Assembly: GCA_965262615.1 (NCBI GenBank)
Contig: OZ253545.1
Span: 756,776-820,775 of the forward strand
Origin: Alphaproteobacteria bacterium
GTDB taxonomy: Bacteria; Pseudomonadota; Alphaproteobacteria; GM7ARS4; G965262615
Direction of reading: 5' to 3'
DNA: 64,000 nt
A program made the translations under genes and the position numbers. This document shows, one piece after another, positions 25,929 through 35,304 of this stretch. Below the pieces are notes generated by a model. It was given only the letters and a program-made list of their open reading frames with translations, did no database searches and had not been told where the DNA came from. Every line of letters begins with the position of its first letter. The stretch's first letter is position 1.

Positions 25929-26640
25929 ACACGAAGCCGTCATGGCTCATGAGGCGGGGGTTGTCATGATTGATGCCAAAGATGCGGCGCGTGGCAGCTT
26001 TGCCCCTTGTGACCTCACCACCTTGCAAGACATCGCGCGCGTCTGTCCCCATGCCACCTTGAGCGCGGCGTTGGGACCATGTTTTTCTCAAGATGAAGTC
26101 AATTCTTGTCGGCAGCTGGAGCTTGAGGTGGCACAGAAGGAAACATTTTCCTTTGGCAAAATCGCCTATGATGATTCGTTTAATGAGTGCATGACATCGG
26201 CTGTATCGTCATCATCATCCTTGCGGCGCATTGCGTTGGTGTGTGTGGATTGCGTCTCATCATCTCGTGATGAAGAATTTGTCATCCACGCCCATCGGCA
26301 CGGCTTTGCGGGGGTGATGATGGACACATGGCACAAAAATCATGGTGACTTGTTGCGGCATCGCTCCCTTGAGCAATTGCGTCATTTTATCGCCGCCGCG
26401 CATGGGTTGGGTCTTTTGTGTGGTTTGGCGGGAGGATTGTCATCGCCGCAGTTGATTTTTTTGGCGCGTCACACCGCAGTGGATTATGTGGGGACACGCG
26501 GGGGCGTTTGTGAAGGGACGCGCGAGGGCATCATTGATGCGCCGCGCGTGGCATCCTTGAACAAACAAATCAATGAAACGGCGGGAGCTGCCCCATTGAT
26601 GGCGGCACCATCGCCACAGGACGCACTCACCTCGTCATGA
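25897..26640 (+). CDS. (5-formylfuran-3-yl)methyl phosphate synthase-like protein (MfnB/DUF556)
   Basis: MARLLVSVQNKHEA..A...G..MIDAKD resembles the MfnB N-terminus, and MMDTWHK resembles the Schiff-base Lys region. It is a TIM-barrel-sized protein. Confidence 0.6.
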   Translation: MARLLVSVQNKHEAVMAHEAGVVMIDAKDAARGSFAPCDLTTLQDIARVCPHATLSAALGPCFSQDEVNSCRQLELEVAQKETFSFGKIAYDDSFNECMTSAVSSSSSLRRIALVCVDCVSSSRDEEFVIHAHRHGFAGVMMDTWHKNHGDLLRHRSLEQLRHFIAAAHGLGLLCGLAGGLSSPQLIFLARHTAVDYVGTRGGVCEGTREGIIDAPRVASLNKQINETAGAAPLMAAPSPQDALTSS

Positions 26641-27557
26641 AATGAGCGATAGCGACACTTCAAATCGTCCGCCACCTCGCGAATGAGAAAATCCCCAATG
26701 CCACACCCCACAATGACGCTGTTGTCTTTGAGCAGTGGATGCAGGCATTGCTTGATGTCATTTTTGCACAGTTCCTTGAATGCGTGTGCCAGTGCAAGGG
26801 CATCTTCGTGAGTGACGGCGGCGGCATCACACCCCACCATGCGAAGCATGCGCCGAATGCTGTCTTGCTGAGTTTTGGGCTTGCCATCGCAGGTGTCCCA
26901 TTGGTCGTATTCTTCGGGCAGTGTGCCCAGAATGCGAAAAACATCGGCGGTGGTGGCAAAGTGTTCCGCCATCAACGAAATGGTCTCCCCGCGCCACGCA
27001 ATGTGGGATGCCAGAGCCATCAGAGGTGTGCGAATGACACCGCGATAAACAAGCAACTTGCGCCGCAGGCGATCAAAATCACTGAGAGGAGCGTTGTCAT
27101 GAAGGGGATGGCAATCGGTGGTGGTGCTGCCGCAATCCACCATCACGGTGGAAGGATTCTGTGCAAAGCGATGGCGAAGCCAGCTCATCGTGGCGTGCCA
27201 ATTCATTGAGGCAATACAATCGGGCGAGATCGTGTCATCGCTGCTGACAAATCCCTTGTCACTGGCATAGATTAAAAGCGGCTGCACCATCTGTGTCATT
27301 TGTTTGATAATTTGCCTCACGCCCTCATGGCGTGAGGCAAAGCAATCTGCCATCTCGCCGCTCATGGTGAGCAAGTGGGTGGCGGATTGGTCATCGTCCC
27401 ATTGTTGCAACAGGGGTTTGACGGTGCTGGTGAGCAGAGCGGCATCGCGCCACAGGGCACAGGGATATTGCGCCGCATGCAATGTGTCGTCATGTTTGTG
27501 CCAGCGCGCCACTTTGATGTGCGCACCGCCGATGTCCCATGCGATGAGGCTGGTCAT
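26484..27557 (-). CDS. hydantoinase/ASKHA-fold protein of the H4MPT-linked C1-transfer pathway
   Basis: The N-terminus IAWDIGGAHIKVA is an ASKHA phosphate-1 motif. ATG 27557 overlaps the upstream stop (ATGA). The 3' end overlaps the MfnB-like gene convergently. Confidence 0.6.
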   Translation of the reverse strand: MTSLIAWDIGGAHIKVARWHKHDDTLHAAQYPCALWRDAALLTSTVKPLLQQWDDDQSATHLLTMSGEMADCFASRHEGVRQIIKQMTQMVQPLLIYASDKGFVSSDDTISPDCIASMNWHATMSWLRHRFAQNPSTVMVDCGSTTTDCHPLHDNAPLSDFDRLRRKLLVYRGVIRTPLMALASHIAWRGETISLMAEHFATTADVFRILGTLPEEYDQWDTCDGKPKTQQDSIRRMLRMVGCDAAAVTHEDALALAHAFKELCKNDIKQCLHPLLKDNSVIVGCGIGDFLIREVADDLKCRYRSFHDEVSASCGDGAAINGAAPAVSLICLFKDATRGASMMPSRVPSQTPPRVPT

Positions 27558-28486
27558 GTGAGGTAGAGCCTCGCCCAATCGGGCGGCAAATCAACAATTG
27601 AAGTGGTGATGCGGGCATTGATATCCGCCACCCACCATCGCTCGTCTTGTTCAATCACATCCACCCCCACCATGCCACTGAGCGGCATGACCGCTCCCAT
27701 CGTGCGTGCCAGTTGCTCGCCTTTGGCGCGTGCCTCATCATCACCGATGGCGACATCAATGGTTTGCAGAGTCATGCGTCCTTGTCCATCGGTCACCATG
27801 TGCTGGCGATTGACGGCAAGACAGGTGACGCGTTCCGCACCATAAAACAATGAAAGACTCAATGTGTCCCCCGCCATGAAGGGTGTGGCAATCCAATGGA
27901 CATGATCATCGGCATCGTGCGGCGGGCGAAACGCGCGGCAATCACGGTCGCTCACATGAACATTAAAAAGACACCCCGCGCCGTCATCAGGCTTGATGAC
28001 CCACCCCGCAGCGTTTGGTCGTGAGGGCAGTGCGTACACATCATAGACGGGAATCATATCAAGGTGGGCTGAGAGGTGTTTATAGCTGCGCTTTTTGCTA
28101 CTGGCAATATTGATGGATGTCTTATCACTGAGCCACAGACGACAAGAGGCGGGTGCAATATCGCAACATGAGAGCAGCGCGCCATCGGTCTCTGGCGCAA
28201 TGGGCAACAGGGCATCATACTGATGGCAATGCTTGCGCCATTGCTCAAAAGGATTGTCATCGTGAATCATGACGGCGGCATCTTCATGAGCAGGATGCGG
28301 CGGCAGGCGATCATCACGGCTATAGCCGAGCGTGATGTCGTGCTGGCGAAATTCACGCAGCAGCGCGCCCAGCATGGCATCGCCCTCGGCAAGCAAGGAT
28401 GGCGGCACGAGCTCTTGTCTCATGCCGCCGCCCCCCACATACTCCACGATGAAGAGTTTTGTCGGTTTTGTCATTGGAGAAATCAT
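27554..28486 (-). CDS. ATP-grasp ligase (MfnD / methanopterin-glutamate-ligase-like)
   Basis: WVIKPDDGAGC and a GMVGVDVI...W.V.DINAR-type C-terminal ATP-grasp pattern, within the cluster context. Confidence 0.6.
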   Translation of the reverse strand: MISPMTKPTKLFIVEYVGGGGMRQELVPPSLLAEGDAMLGALLREFRQHDITLGYSRDDRLPPHPAHEDAAVMIHDDNPFEQWRKHCHQYDALLPIAPETDGALLSCCDIAPASCRLWLSDKTSINIASSKKRSYKHLSAHLDMIPVYDVYALPSRPNAAGWVIKPDDGAGCLFNVHVSDRDCRAFRPPHDADDHVHWIATPFMAGDTLSLSLFYGAERVTCLAVNRQHMVTDGQGRMTLQTIDVAIGDDEARAKGEQLARTMGAVMPLSGMVGVDVIEQDERWWVADINARITTSIVDLPPDWARLYLT

Positions 28487-28515
28487 TGACGCACTTTAAC
28501 AGAGAGGATTTTTTT

Positions 28516-29190
28516 GTGGTAGCGGTGCTGGACGCGCGTCATCGCTGTGTGGTCAAGGCGAATGCGGCGCGTGGGCGGGGCGGATACTATCCATTGCGCC
28601 ATCATGCTATTGCCTTGCCCACCACCGAACGGGTGGTGGATTATTTTCACAAAATGGGAATCAGGAAATTTTATCTTGCCGAATTGACCATGATTCGCGA
28701 TGGCATCACGCGCCGCCAAGCTTCTGCGGTCATGCGTCTGGCGCGCCGTCTCCGACATTGCGAATTTTGGCTGGACGGCGGATTTCGTGTCTGGCAGGAT
28801 GCTCGTTATTTTTTGCCGCAGCGCAACATTCATATCATCGCCGCCAGTGAGACTTTGCGCGCCATGCGTCAGTATGATGTGCTACGGCGCATGTTTGGCA
28901 CGCGGCTCATTGTGTCACTGGACTATGAAGCCCATGGACGCTTGCGCGGTCTGGATGCCTTGCGTCTTGCCTCATCCGTGTGGTGGAAACAGCGAGTGAT
29001 TGTCATGGCATTAAGATTGATTGGCACAGCCCGTGGCATGAAATCATCGCCTCTTTGCACATTGCGCGTGCATGGACGCTCTGTGATCCTCATTCAAGGC
29101 GGCGGTGTGCGATGCGCGCAAGATGTGGATTTTCTCAAAACGCACAACGCCAAAGGCGCACTCATCGCCAGTGCATTGTATGAAACATAA
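28516..29190 (+). CDS. HisA/HisF-family (beta/alpha)8-barrel protein of the methanopterin cluster
   Basis: The V..LD...G.VV-type N-terminus (VVAVLDARHRCVVKA) and C-terminal GGGVR...D pattern. GTG 28516 is preceded by AGAGAGGA; the tracked start 28459 is a TTG that overlaps the divergent gene. Confidence 0.55.
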   Translation: MVAVLDARHRCVVKANAARGRGGYYPLRHHAIALPTTERVVDYFHKMGIRKFYLAELTMIRDGITRRQASAVMRLARRLRHCEFWLDGGFRVWQDARYFLPQRNIHIIAASETLRAMRQYDVLRRMFGTRLIVSLDYEAHGRLRGLDALRLASSVWWKQRVIVMALRLIGTARGMKSSPLCTLRVHGRSVILIQGGGVRCAQDVDFLKTHNAKGALIASALYET

Positions 29191-29344
29191 TATTTCTTTT
29201 GCTGTTATCTTGACACTCTTTTCTTTTATTACATAATGATTTTGCAGGTGGTTCGCTTCTCAAGGCTGGGATGTCCGACACCTGCCAATTTGTTGTGAAC
29301 GGTGCATGATTTTTTTTGAAACGGAACGGTTCATCGCCGAAAGG

Positions 29345-31048
29345 TTATGGCGTGGGTTTCAATAGGGCGATGGCTTCTTGGTTGTCTTTGAGTACTGCAT
29401 TTTGTTGCAAGACTTCATAGGGGGGGCAACCAAACCTGTCTTCGGCTTTAACATCCGCGCCCGCTTTTATGAGTTCTCCAATGGCATCAATGCTTATATT
29501 CATGAGTGCGGCATAATGAAGTGGTGTGTGACCATTATTGTTTCTGACATTAAGATCTGCTCCTGCTTTAGTGAGCTCTCTGATGAGATGAGCATTGTCA
29601 CTTAATGCAGCAGCGTGAAGTGGTGCGAAGCCATCTTCGCTTTTTGCATGAATGTCTGCTCCCGCCCTGATGAGTTCTTTGATGACATGAACATTGCCAC
29701 TATTTGAAACAACAACATGAAGTGGTGTGTGACCAATGTTGTTTTTGGCATTGACATCTGCCCCTGTGTTGATGAGTTCTTTGATGACATGGACATTGTC
29801 ATTGTGTTCAGCAGCAGTATGAAGAGGTGTAACATCATTGTTGGTTTTGGCATTGATATCTGCCCCTGCGTTGATGAGTTCTTTGAAGATATGAGCATTG
29901 TCATTGTTTTTAGCAGCTAGATGAAGTGGTGTGCCACCATCGTTGTTTTTAGCATGAATGTCTGCTCCTGCGTTGATGAGTTCCTTGATGACATGAGGAT
30001 TGTCATTTTTCCCAGCAGCATAATGAAGTGGTGTGAGATCATTGTTTTTGTTCTTGGCATTAACATCTGCTCCTGCTTTAATGAGTTCTTTGATGACATG
30101 AACATTGACATTGTTTGCAGCAGCATAATGAAGTGGTGTGAGATCATTGTTGTTGCTTTTGTCGTGAATATCTGCTCCTGCATTGATGAGTTCTTTGATG
30201 ACATGAACATTGACATTGTTTACAGCAGCAACATGAAGTGGTGTGTGACCATTGTTTTCTCTAGCACTAACATCTGCTCCCGCTTCAATGAGCTCCCTAA
30301 TAGCCTTAATGCTTGCACCATGTAATGTGGCACCATGAAGTGGTGTGCTACCATTGTTGTCTTTTGCATTGACATCTGCTCCTGCGTTGATGAGTTCTTT
30401 GATTATATGAGGATTGTCTTTTAAAGCAGCAACATGAAGTGGTGTAGAACCATTTTCGTTTTTGGCATTGACATCTGCTCCTGCGTTGATGAGTTCTTTT
30501 ATGAGTTCTTTGGTGACCTGAGGATTGTCATCGATGACATCAGGATTGTCATTGTATCCAGTAGTAGCATAATGAAGTGGAGTGAGACCATCGTTGCTTT
30601 TGGCATGGGTGTCTGCTCCCGCTTTTATGAGTTCTTTGAGGGCATAAGAATTGTTATTGAATGCGGCACAATGAAGTGGAGTGAGACCATCGTTGCTTTT
30701 GGCATGGATGTCTGCTCCCGCTTTTATGAGTTCCCCAATAACTTTAATGCTGATATTTGTGAACGCAGCACAATGAAGTGGTGTGCCGCCCCATTTGTCT
30801 TTGGCATGAATGTCTGCCCCTGCATTGATGAGTTTTTTGATGACATGAGGATTGCGATTGTTTGTAGCGGCACAATGAAGTGGTGTGCTATCATTGTTAC
30901 CTTCGGCATTGACATCAACCCCAGCTGCAATGAATTTTTGCAATTGCTCAAGCGTTAGTTCTTTCCAAAAATGGTCGTCTTGCCACTTACTCCATCCACC
31001 ATCAGCGATGTTTCGCAATTGAGCGAGTAGTTTTTCTTTGATGCCCAT
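29345..31048 (-). CDS. ankyrin-repeat protein (about 14 ANK repeats)
   Basis: I counted fourteen x-TPLH-x-A(A) cores, each followed by VIKELINAGADxxAK (33-aa periodicity). No signal peptide is evident. The sequence is A+T-richer than its flanks. Confidence 0.9.
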   Translation of the reverse strand: MGIKEKLLAQLRNIADGGWSKWQDDHFWKELTLEQLQKFIAAGVDVNAEGNNDSTPLHCAATNNRNPHVIKKLINAGADIHAKDKWGGTPLHCAAFTNISIKVIGELIKAGADIHAKSNDGLTPLHCAAFNNNSYALKELIKAGADTHAKSNDGLTPLHYATTGYNDNPDVIDDNPQVTKELIKELINAGADVNAKNENGSTPLHVAALKDNPHIIKELINAGADVNAKDNNGSTPLHGATLHGASIKAIRELIEAGADVSARENNGHTPLHVAAVNNVNVHVIKELINAGADIHDKSNNNDLTPLHYAAANNVNVHVIKELIKAGADVNAKNKNNDLTPLHYAAGKNDNPHVIKELINAGADIHAKNNDGGTPLHLAAKNNDNAHIFKELINAGADINAKTNNDVTPLHTAAEHNDNVHVIKELINTGADVNAKNNIGHTPLHVVVSNSGNVHVIKELIRAGADIHAKSEDGFAPLHAAALSDNAHLIRELTKAGADLNVRNNNGHTPLHYAALMNISIDAIGELIKAGADVKAEDRFGCPPYEVLQQNAVLKDNQEAIALLKPTP

Positions 31049-31188
31049 TGGTTAGGTTCTCCTCATTGCTTGTGTTATCCACCATACCACACATCGTGTG
31101 CATATTTTTCAACATAAAGCTTCGTTAATGTGCATACAAGAGGTTGCACTTTATATCCAAGCTGCTAATGTGAATTCAGGATCAGCTT

Positions 31189-32496
31189 ATGAAGCCTTTG
31201 CAGCAAGCCCATCCGTCATTGCGTGAACACATTCCCCTCAAGGAATTCGAGGCGGTGCGCTCCATGACCGACCACCTCATAGAACCCCTGTCGCCCGAAG
31301 ACATGGTGGTGCAATCCATGACCGATGCCAGCCCCGCCAAGTGGCACATCGCCCATGTGAGCTGGTTCTTTGAAGAATTTTTGCTCGTGCCTTTTTGTCC
31401 CAACTATCAACGCTATCATCCTCATTACGCCTTTTTTTATAACTCCTATTATAATGCGGTGGGGGAGCGGTGGGTGCGCCCTCACAGAGGATTGCAGACC
31501 AAGCCATCCATTGATGAGGTCATTGAGTATCGCCATCACATCACCCACACCATGACCTCTTTCATTCACCAATGTCAAAAGGGTGACATCAAGGCTGATT
31601 TTTTGCCTGATATCATTCACCGCATTCACATTGGGATTCATCACGAACAGCAGCATCAGGAATTGTTGCTCATGGATATTTTGCATGTGTTTTCGCACAA
31701 TCCTCTGTCGCCTGCGTATCGTCCGTCCACGCCGGCGGTGATGCGTGATGCCACGCCTCTCACCTGGCACGATTATGAGGGCGGCATGACCGCCATTGGG
31801 CATGACGGCGATGACTTTTGTTATGATCACGAAAAACCGTATCATCGCTGTTTTCTCAATCCCTACCAGCTGGCGCATCGTCCTGTGACCAATGGCGAGT
31901 GGCTGGACTTCATTGAGGATGGCGGCTATGAGCGTCATGAATTGTGGCTCTCGGACGGATGGGATTATGTGTCGCATCATGATGTGCGCCATCCTCTGTA
32001 TTGGCAGCGGCACAGCGAAGGCGAGTGGAGCGTCATGACGCTGCACGGCATGATGCCCATCAATCTTCATGCCTCTGTGGTGCATATCAGCTATTATGAG
32101 GCAATGGCGTTTGCCCGCTGGATGGATGCCCGTCTGCCCACCGAAGCCGAATGGGAACACGCCGCACGGCAAAGTCATCACACGGGGGCTTTTTTGGAAG
32201 ATGAGTGCCTCTATTCTCAAGCCCTGCCCCATGACGATGGCAGCATGCAGACGATGCTGGGCGGCGTTTGGGAATGGACCATGAGCGCGTTTCTGCCCTA
32301 TCACGGCTACCGAGCTCCTGAAGGGGCGATTGGCGAATACAACGCCAAATTTATGTCGGGACAAATGATTATGCGCGGCGGCAGCTTTGGCACGGCACGG
32401 CAGCACATGCGTCATTCCTATCGTAACTTTTTTTATCCTGCCATGCGCTGGCAGTTTGGAGGCGTGAGACTCGCGCGTGATGAAGCTCGTTCATGA
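31189..32496 (+). CDS. egtB: ergothioneine biosynthesis protein EgtB (hercynine-sulfoxide synthase; DinB-like + FGE-sulfatase domains)
   Basis: SPAKWHIAHVSWFFE, HHEQQHQELL, and the FGE-like C-terminus (WEW...RGGS). The stop overlaps the egtD start. Confidence 0.85.
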   Translation: MKPLQQAHPSLREHIPLKEFEAVRSMTDHLIEPLSPEDMVVQSMTDASPAKWHIAHVSWFFEEFLLVPFCPNYQRYHPHYAFFYNSYYNAVGERWVRPHRGLQTKPSIDEVIEYRHHITHTMTSFIHQCQKGDIKADFLPDIIHRIHIGIHHEQQHQELLLMDILHVFSHNPLSPAYRPSTPAVMRDATPLTWHDYEGGMTAIGHDGDDFCYDHEKPYHRCFLNPYQLAHRPVTNGEWLDFIEDGGYERHELWLSDGWDYVSHHDVRHPLYWQRHSEGEWSVMTLHGMMPINLHASVVHISYYEAMAFARWMDARLPTEAEWEHAARQSHHTGAFLEDECLYSQALPHDDGSMQTMLGGVWEWTMSAFLPYHGYRAPEGAIGEYNAKFMSGQMIMRGGSFGTARQHMRHSYRNFFYPAMRWQFGGVRLARDEARS

Positions 32497-33452
32497 CACA
32501 AATTCACACCCAACATAATAACCAACACGACCAATTTCGGCGTGATGTCATTGATGGACTCTCGCACCAAAAAAAGTCCATCCCCAGTAAGTATCTCTAC
32601 GATACCCAAGGCGCGCGTCTGTTTGAAAAAATCTGCGACCTGGATGAGTATTATCTGACTCGTGCCGAACTGCGTCTGCTCAAGCGTCATGCCGATGATT
32701 TGCGCGCCATGACCACCGACTCTGTCTGTATTGTGGAATTCGGCAGTGGGGCGACCAGAAAAATTCGCATTTTGCTGGATGCCTTCGGCGGCGGTGTCAC
32801 CTACATTCCTGTGGATATTTGTCAGCACTATTTGGATGAATCGGTGTCTGATTTGCGTGAGGATTTTGCCGACATGGCGATTGTGCCGTTTTTGGGTGAT
32901 TTTAATGAGCCACTGGCATTGCCTCTTCCACACGGCAGGCATCATTTGTTGGGATTTTTCTCTGGCTCTACCATTGGCAATTTGACCCAAGACCAACGGG
33001 TGCATTTTTTGTGCAATGCGCGTGAGACCCTTGGTGATGGCAGTCACTTGTTGCTGGCGGCGGATTTGCGAAAAAGTGAGGAGATTTTGCACTGTGCCTA
33101 CAATGACAAAGAAGGCGTGACGGCGGCGTTTAATCTCAATTTGCTGGCGCGCGCCAATCGCGATCTCAATGCCGATTTTGACCTGCGCTCCTTCAAACAC
33201 GAGAGCATCTGGAATGATGCCGATGGACGCATAGAGATGCATCTGGTGTCACTGCAACAGCAGAATGTGCGCATTGATGGTCATTCGTTTTCTTTTGCCG
33301 AAGGTGAGACGATTCACACGGAGAATTCTCACAAATTCACCCGTCCTCAATTGGAAGAGCTGGTTGCGCGGTGCGGTTGGCATCTTGAGCATCACTGGCT
33401 GGACGATGAGCTGCCCTTTAGTTTGAATGTCTTGACGGCGGCTGAAAAATAA
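32493..33452 (+). CDS. egtD: L-histidine N-alpha-methyltransferase EgtD
   Basis: IPSKYLYDTQGARLFEKICDLDEYYLTRAE, VEFGSGATRK and the ENSHKF-type C-terminus. Confidence 0.85.
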   Translation: MTQIHTQHNNQHDQFRRDVIDGLSHQKKSIPSKYLYDTQGARLFEKICDLDEYYLTRAELRLLKRHADDLRAMTTDSVCIVEFGSGATRKIRILLDAFGGGVTYIPVDICQHYLDESVSDLREDFADMAIVPFLGDFNEPLALPLPHGRHHLLGFFSGSTIGNLTQDQRVHFLCNARETLGDGSHLLLAADLRKSEEILHCAYNDKEGVTAAFNLNLLARANRDLNADFDLRSFKHESIWNDADGRIEMHLVSLQQQNVRIDGHSFSFAEGETIHTENSHKFTRPQLEELVARCGWHLEHHWLDDELPFSLNVLTAAEK

Positions 33453-33505
33453 TGGTCTTGTCATGCCCATTCTATCCTATATGATAGGTAGAGGGTGAGT
33501 GAGAT

Positions 33506-34648
33506 ATGAGTAGCAGAGCAACGGTAGAGAATATCAATCCAACAATTCTGCGGCAGTGTCGCGAGCAGATGGGACTGAGCTTGGGTGATGTCCGCAAAAA
33601 AATCGCTTCAATTGAAAAAATTGAAAACGGCGATAAGAAGCCCACCTTTAATCAAATTGATCAACTTGCTGAACTCTATCTTGTGCCAAGATGGGTTTTT
33701 ATTGCTGATAATTTGCCGCACGAATATCAATTTGATAAATCCATTCCCGCCTTTCGTCAATTTAAGGATTCCAATCATGATGTTTTTTCTGATTATAAGG
33801 TGCGCGCTCTGGTGACGCGTCTTGAGCGTATGCGTGAATTTGCCATTGAATTACGCCGTGATATGGATGAACCCATTGCTAGATTTAAACCACCCGCACA
33901 AGGGAGCACAATAGAACAGACGGCGGCGAATGTGCGTCGGTGGCTTGGTGTGACCGATGATGAACACCTTGAATTTGATGATTGGAGAGGCAAAATTGAA
34001 CAAAAAAATATTTTTGTTTTCAAAACGAATTCAATGAGCAATTGGTCAACAATAAGGCTTGATGAATTTTGTGGTTTTGCTTTGTATCATTCCGTATTCC
34101 CTGTTATTGTCATCAATGGTTCAGATTGGAAAAAAACACAGTCCTTTACGCTTTTTCATGAATTGGGTCATGTTATGAGGAAGCAGAATGCCATGGATGG
34201 ATGGAATTCCTATGGCGATGTAGAGCAATGGTGTAATGAATTGGCGGGTTGTGTTTTGATGCCAAGAAAATCTTTGGAAAAACAAGAATTATTGTCTTTT
34301 GATATAGACAATATAGAACAAATTGAAACGGCAGCTCGGAAATTCAAGGTGAGCATCTACGCTTTTTTGGTGAGGTTGCGTCAATTGGGTCAAATCAACA
34401 GGACGCAGTATTCCGATTTTGAAGAACAAATGAGGGAAATCCATGAGCAGGAAAAGCTTGAGAAAAAAAAGGGGGAAGTGCGAATTCCGCGCAGGATTCC
34501 TCATGAAGTGATTCAACAGTATGGCAGCATCTACTTGAAGACATTGTTCCAAGCTTATTACGAAAAAGAGATTGGCTTGCATAGATTGTGCCAATTGTTG
34601 AGTGTCAAGAGAGCTTCATACATCAAAGATATAGAGGAAAAATTATGA
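33506..34648 (+). CDS. XRE-type HTH + ImmA/IrrE (COG2856) zinc metallopeptidase domain protein
   Basis: N-terminal HTH (LRQCREQMGLSLGDVRKKI) and the HExxH motif FHELGHV. Confidence 0.8.
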   Translation: MSSRATVENINPTILRQCREQMGLSLGDVRKKIASIEKIENGDKKPTFNQIDQLAELYLVPRWVFIADNLPHEYQFDKSIPAFRQFKDSNHDVFSDYKVRALVTRLERMREFAIELRRDMDEPIARFKPPAQGSTIEQTAANVRRWLGVTDDEHLEFDDWRGKIEQKNIFVFKTNSMSNWSTIRLDEFCGFALYHSVFPVIVINGSDWKKTQSFTLFHELGHVMRKQNAMDGWNSYGDVEQWCNELAGCVLMPRKSLEKQELLSFDIDNIEQIETAARKFKVSIYAFLVRLRQLGQINRTQYSDFEEQMREIHEQEKLEKKKGEVRIPRRIPHEVIQQYGSIYLKTLFQAYYEKEIGLHRLCQLLSVKRASYIKDIEEKL

Positions 34649-35145
34649 GGATTTTTTCTGTAAGCAATAGAGTGCATTTTTGTTTGGATGCCAATGTTTT
34701 TATGACAGCTTGGGATGACACTCATCCAATTGGTATTTTTCAACCTTTGTGGCGTGAGATGGCAAACAAGAGAGACCGTATGATTTTGCTTAAACCTATT
34801 TATGATGAAATTGATCCCACAAGGAAAAAGAGTGAATTGAGAATGTGGTTAAAAGATAACAATTTTGTTCCCATACATATTGATGAGAAAAAAGTTCTTC
34901 AACAATTTCTAATTTTAGGAAGAAAATATGAGATAAGGGAACATCCCAAAGGAGTAGGGACGAATGATTTAGTACTAATCGCTTATGCTAAGACTCACGG
35001 CAAAACAGTCGTCACTCTTGAGGCAGTACAGGAGAAATTGCCCCAAAAAAAGTGGAAGTACAAAATTCCTGCTGTTTGCAAGCAAGAGCAAGTTCCTTGT
35101 ATCAATTTTATTGAGATGTTGCGGCGATTGAAAATTAAAGTTTAA
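34645..35145 (+). CDS. DUF4411 (PIN-like) protein, partner of the ImmA/XRE gene
   Basis: FCLDANVFM (N-terminal acidic PIN-like motif) and NDLVLIAYAK. Its ATG overlaps the upstream stop (ATGA). Confidence 0.65.
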   Translation: MRIFSVSNRVHFCLDANVFMTAWDDTHPIGIFQPLWREMANKRDRMILLKPIYDEIDPTRKKSELRMWLKDNNFVPIHIDEKKVLQQFLILGRKYEIREHPKGVGTNDLVLIAYAKTHGKTVVTLEAVQEKLPQKKWKYKIPAVCKQEQVPCINFIEMLRRLKIKV

Positions 35146-35168
35146 GAACCGGTTCTGGCACATTTTGT

Positions 35169-35244
35169 TGGCTCCGGCGGCAGGACTTGAACCTGCGACC
35201 CAGCGGTTAACAGCCGCTTGCTCTACCAACTGAGCTACACCGGA
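35169..35244 (-). tRNA. tRNA-Asn (anticodon GTT), CCA encoded
   Basis: Folded by hand. The acceptor stem is TCCGGTG/CGCCGGA, the D-arm TAGCTCAGTTGGTAGAGC, the anticodon loop CTGTTAA, and the T-arm GGTTCAAGTCC. It ends in CCA and is 76 nt long. Confidence 0.93.
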
Positions 35245-35304
35245 CCACCACGATGACTCTAGCAAAAAGGCGGGTCATCGCCAAGATGCTTGAGGCAAAA
35301 AAAG

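Noticed and set aside
29378-30958. Several plus-strand ORFs (75-174 aa) with repetitive MKWC... sequences
   Set aside because: They are antisense translations of the ankyrin repeats. Their periodicity mirrors the 99-bp ANK unit on the minus strand.
34975-35265. 96-aa minus-strand ORF
   Set aside because: It overlaps tRNA-Asn and the 3' end of the DUF4411 gene, and the tRNA fold explains the conserved-looking sequence.
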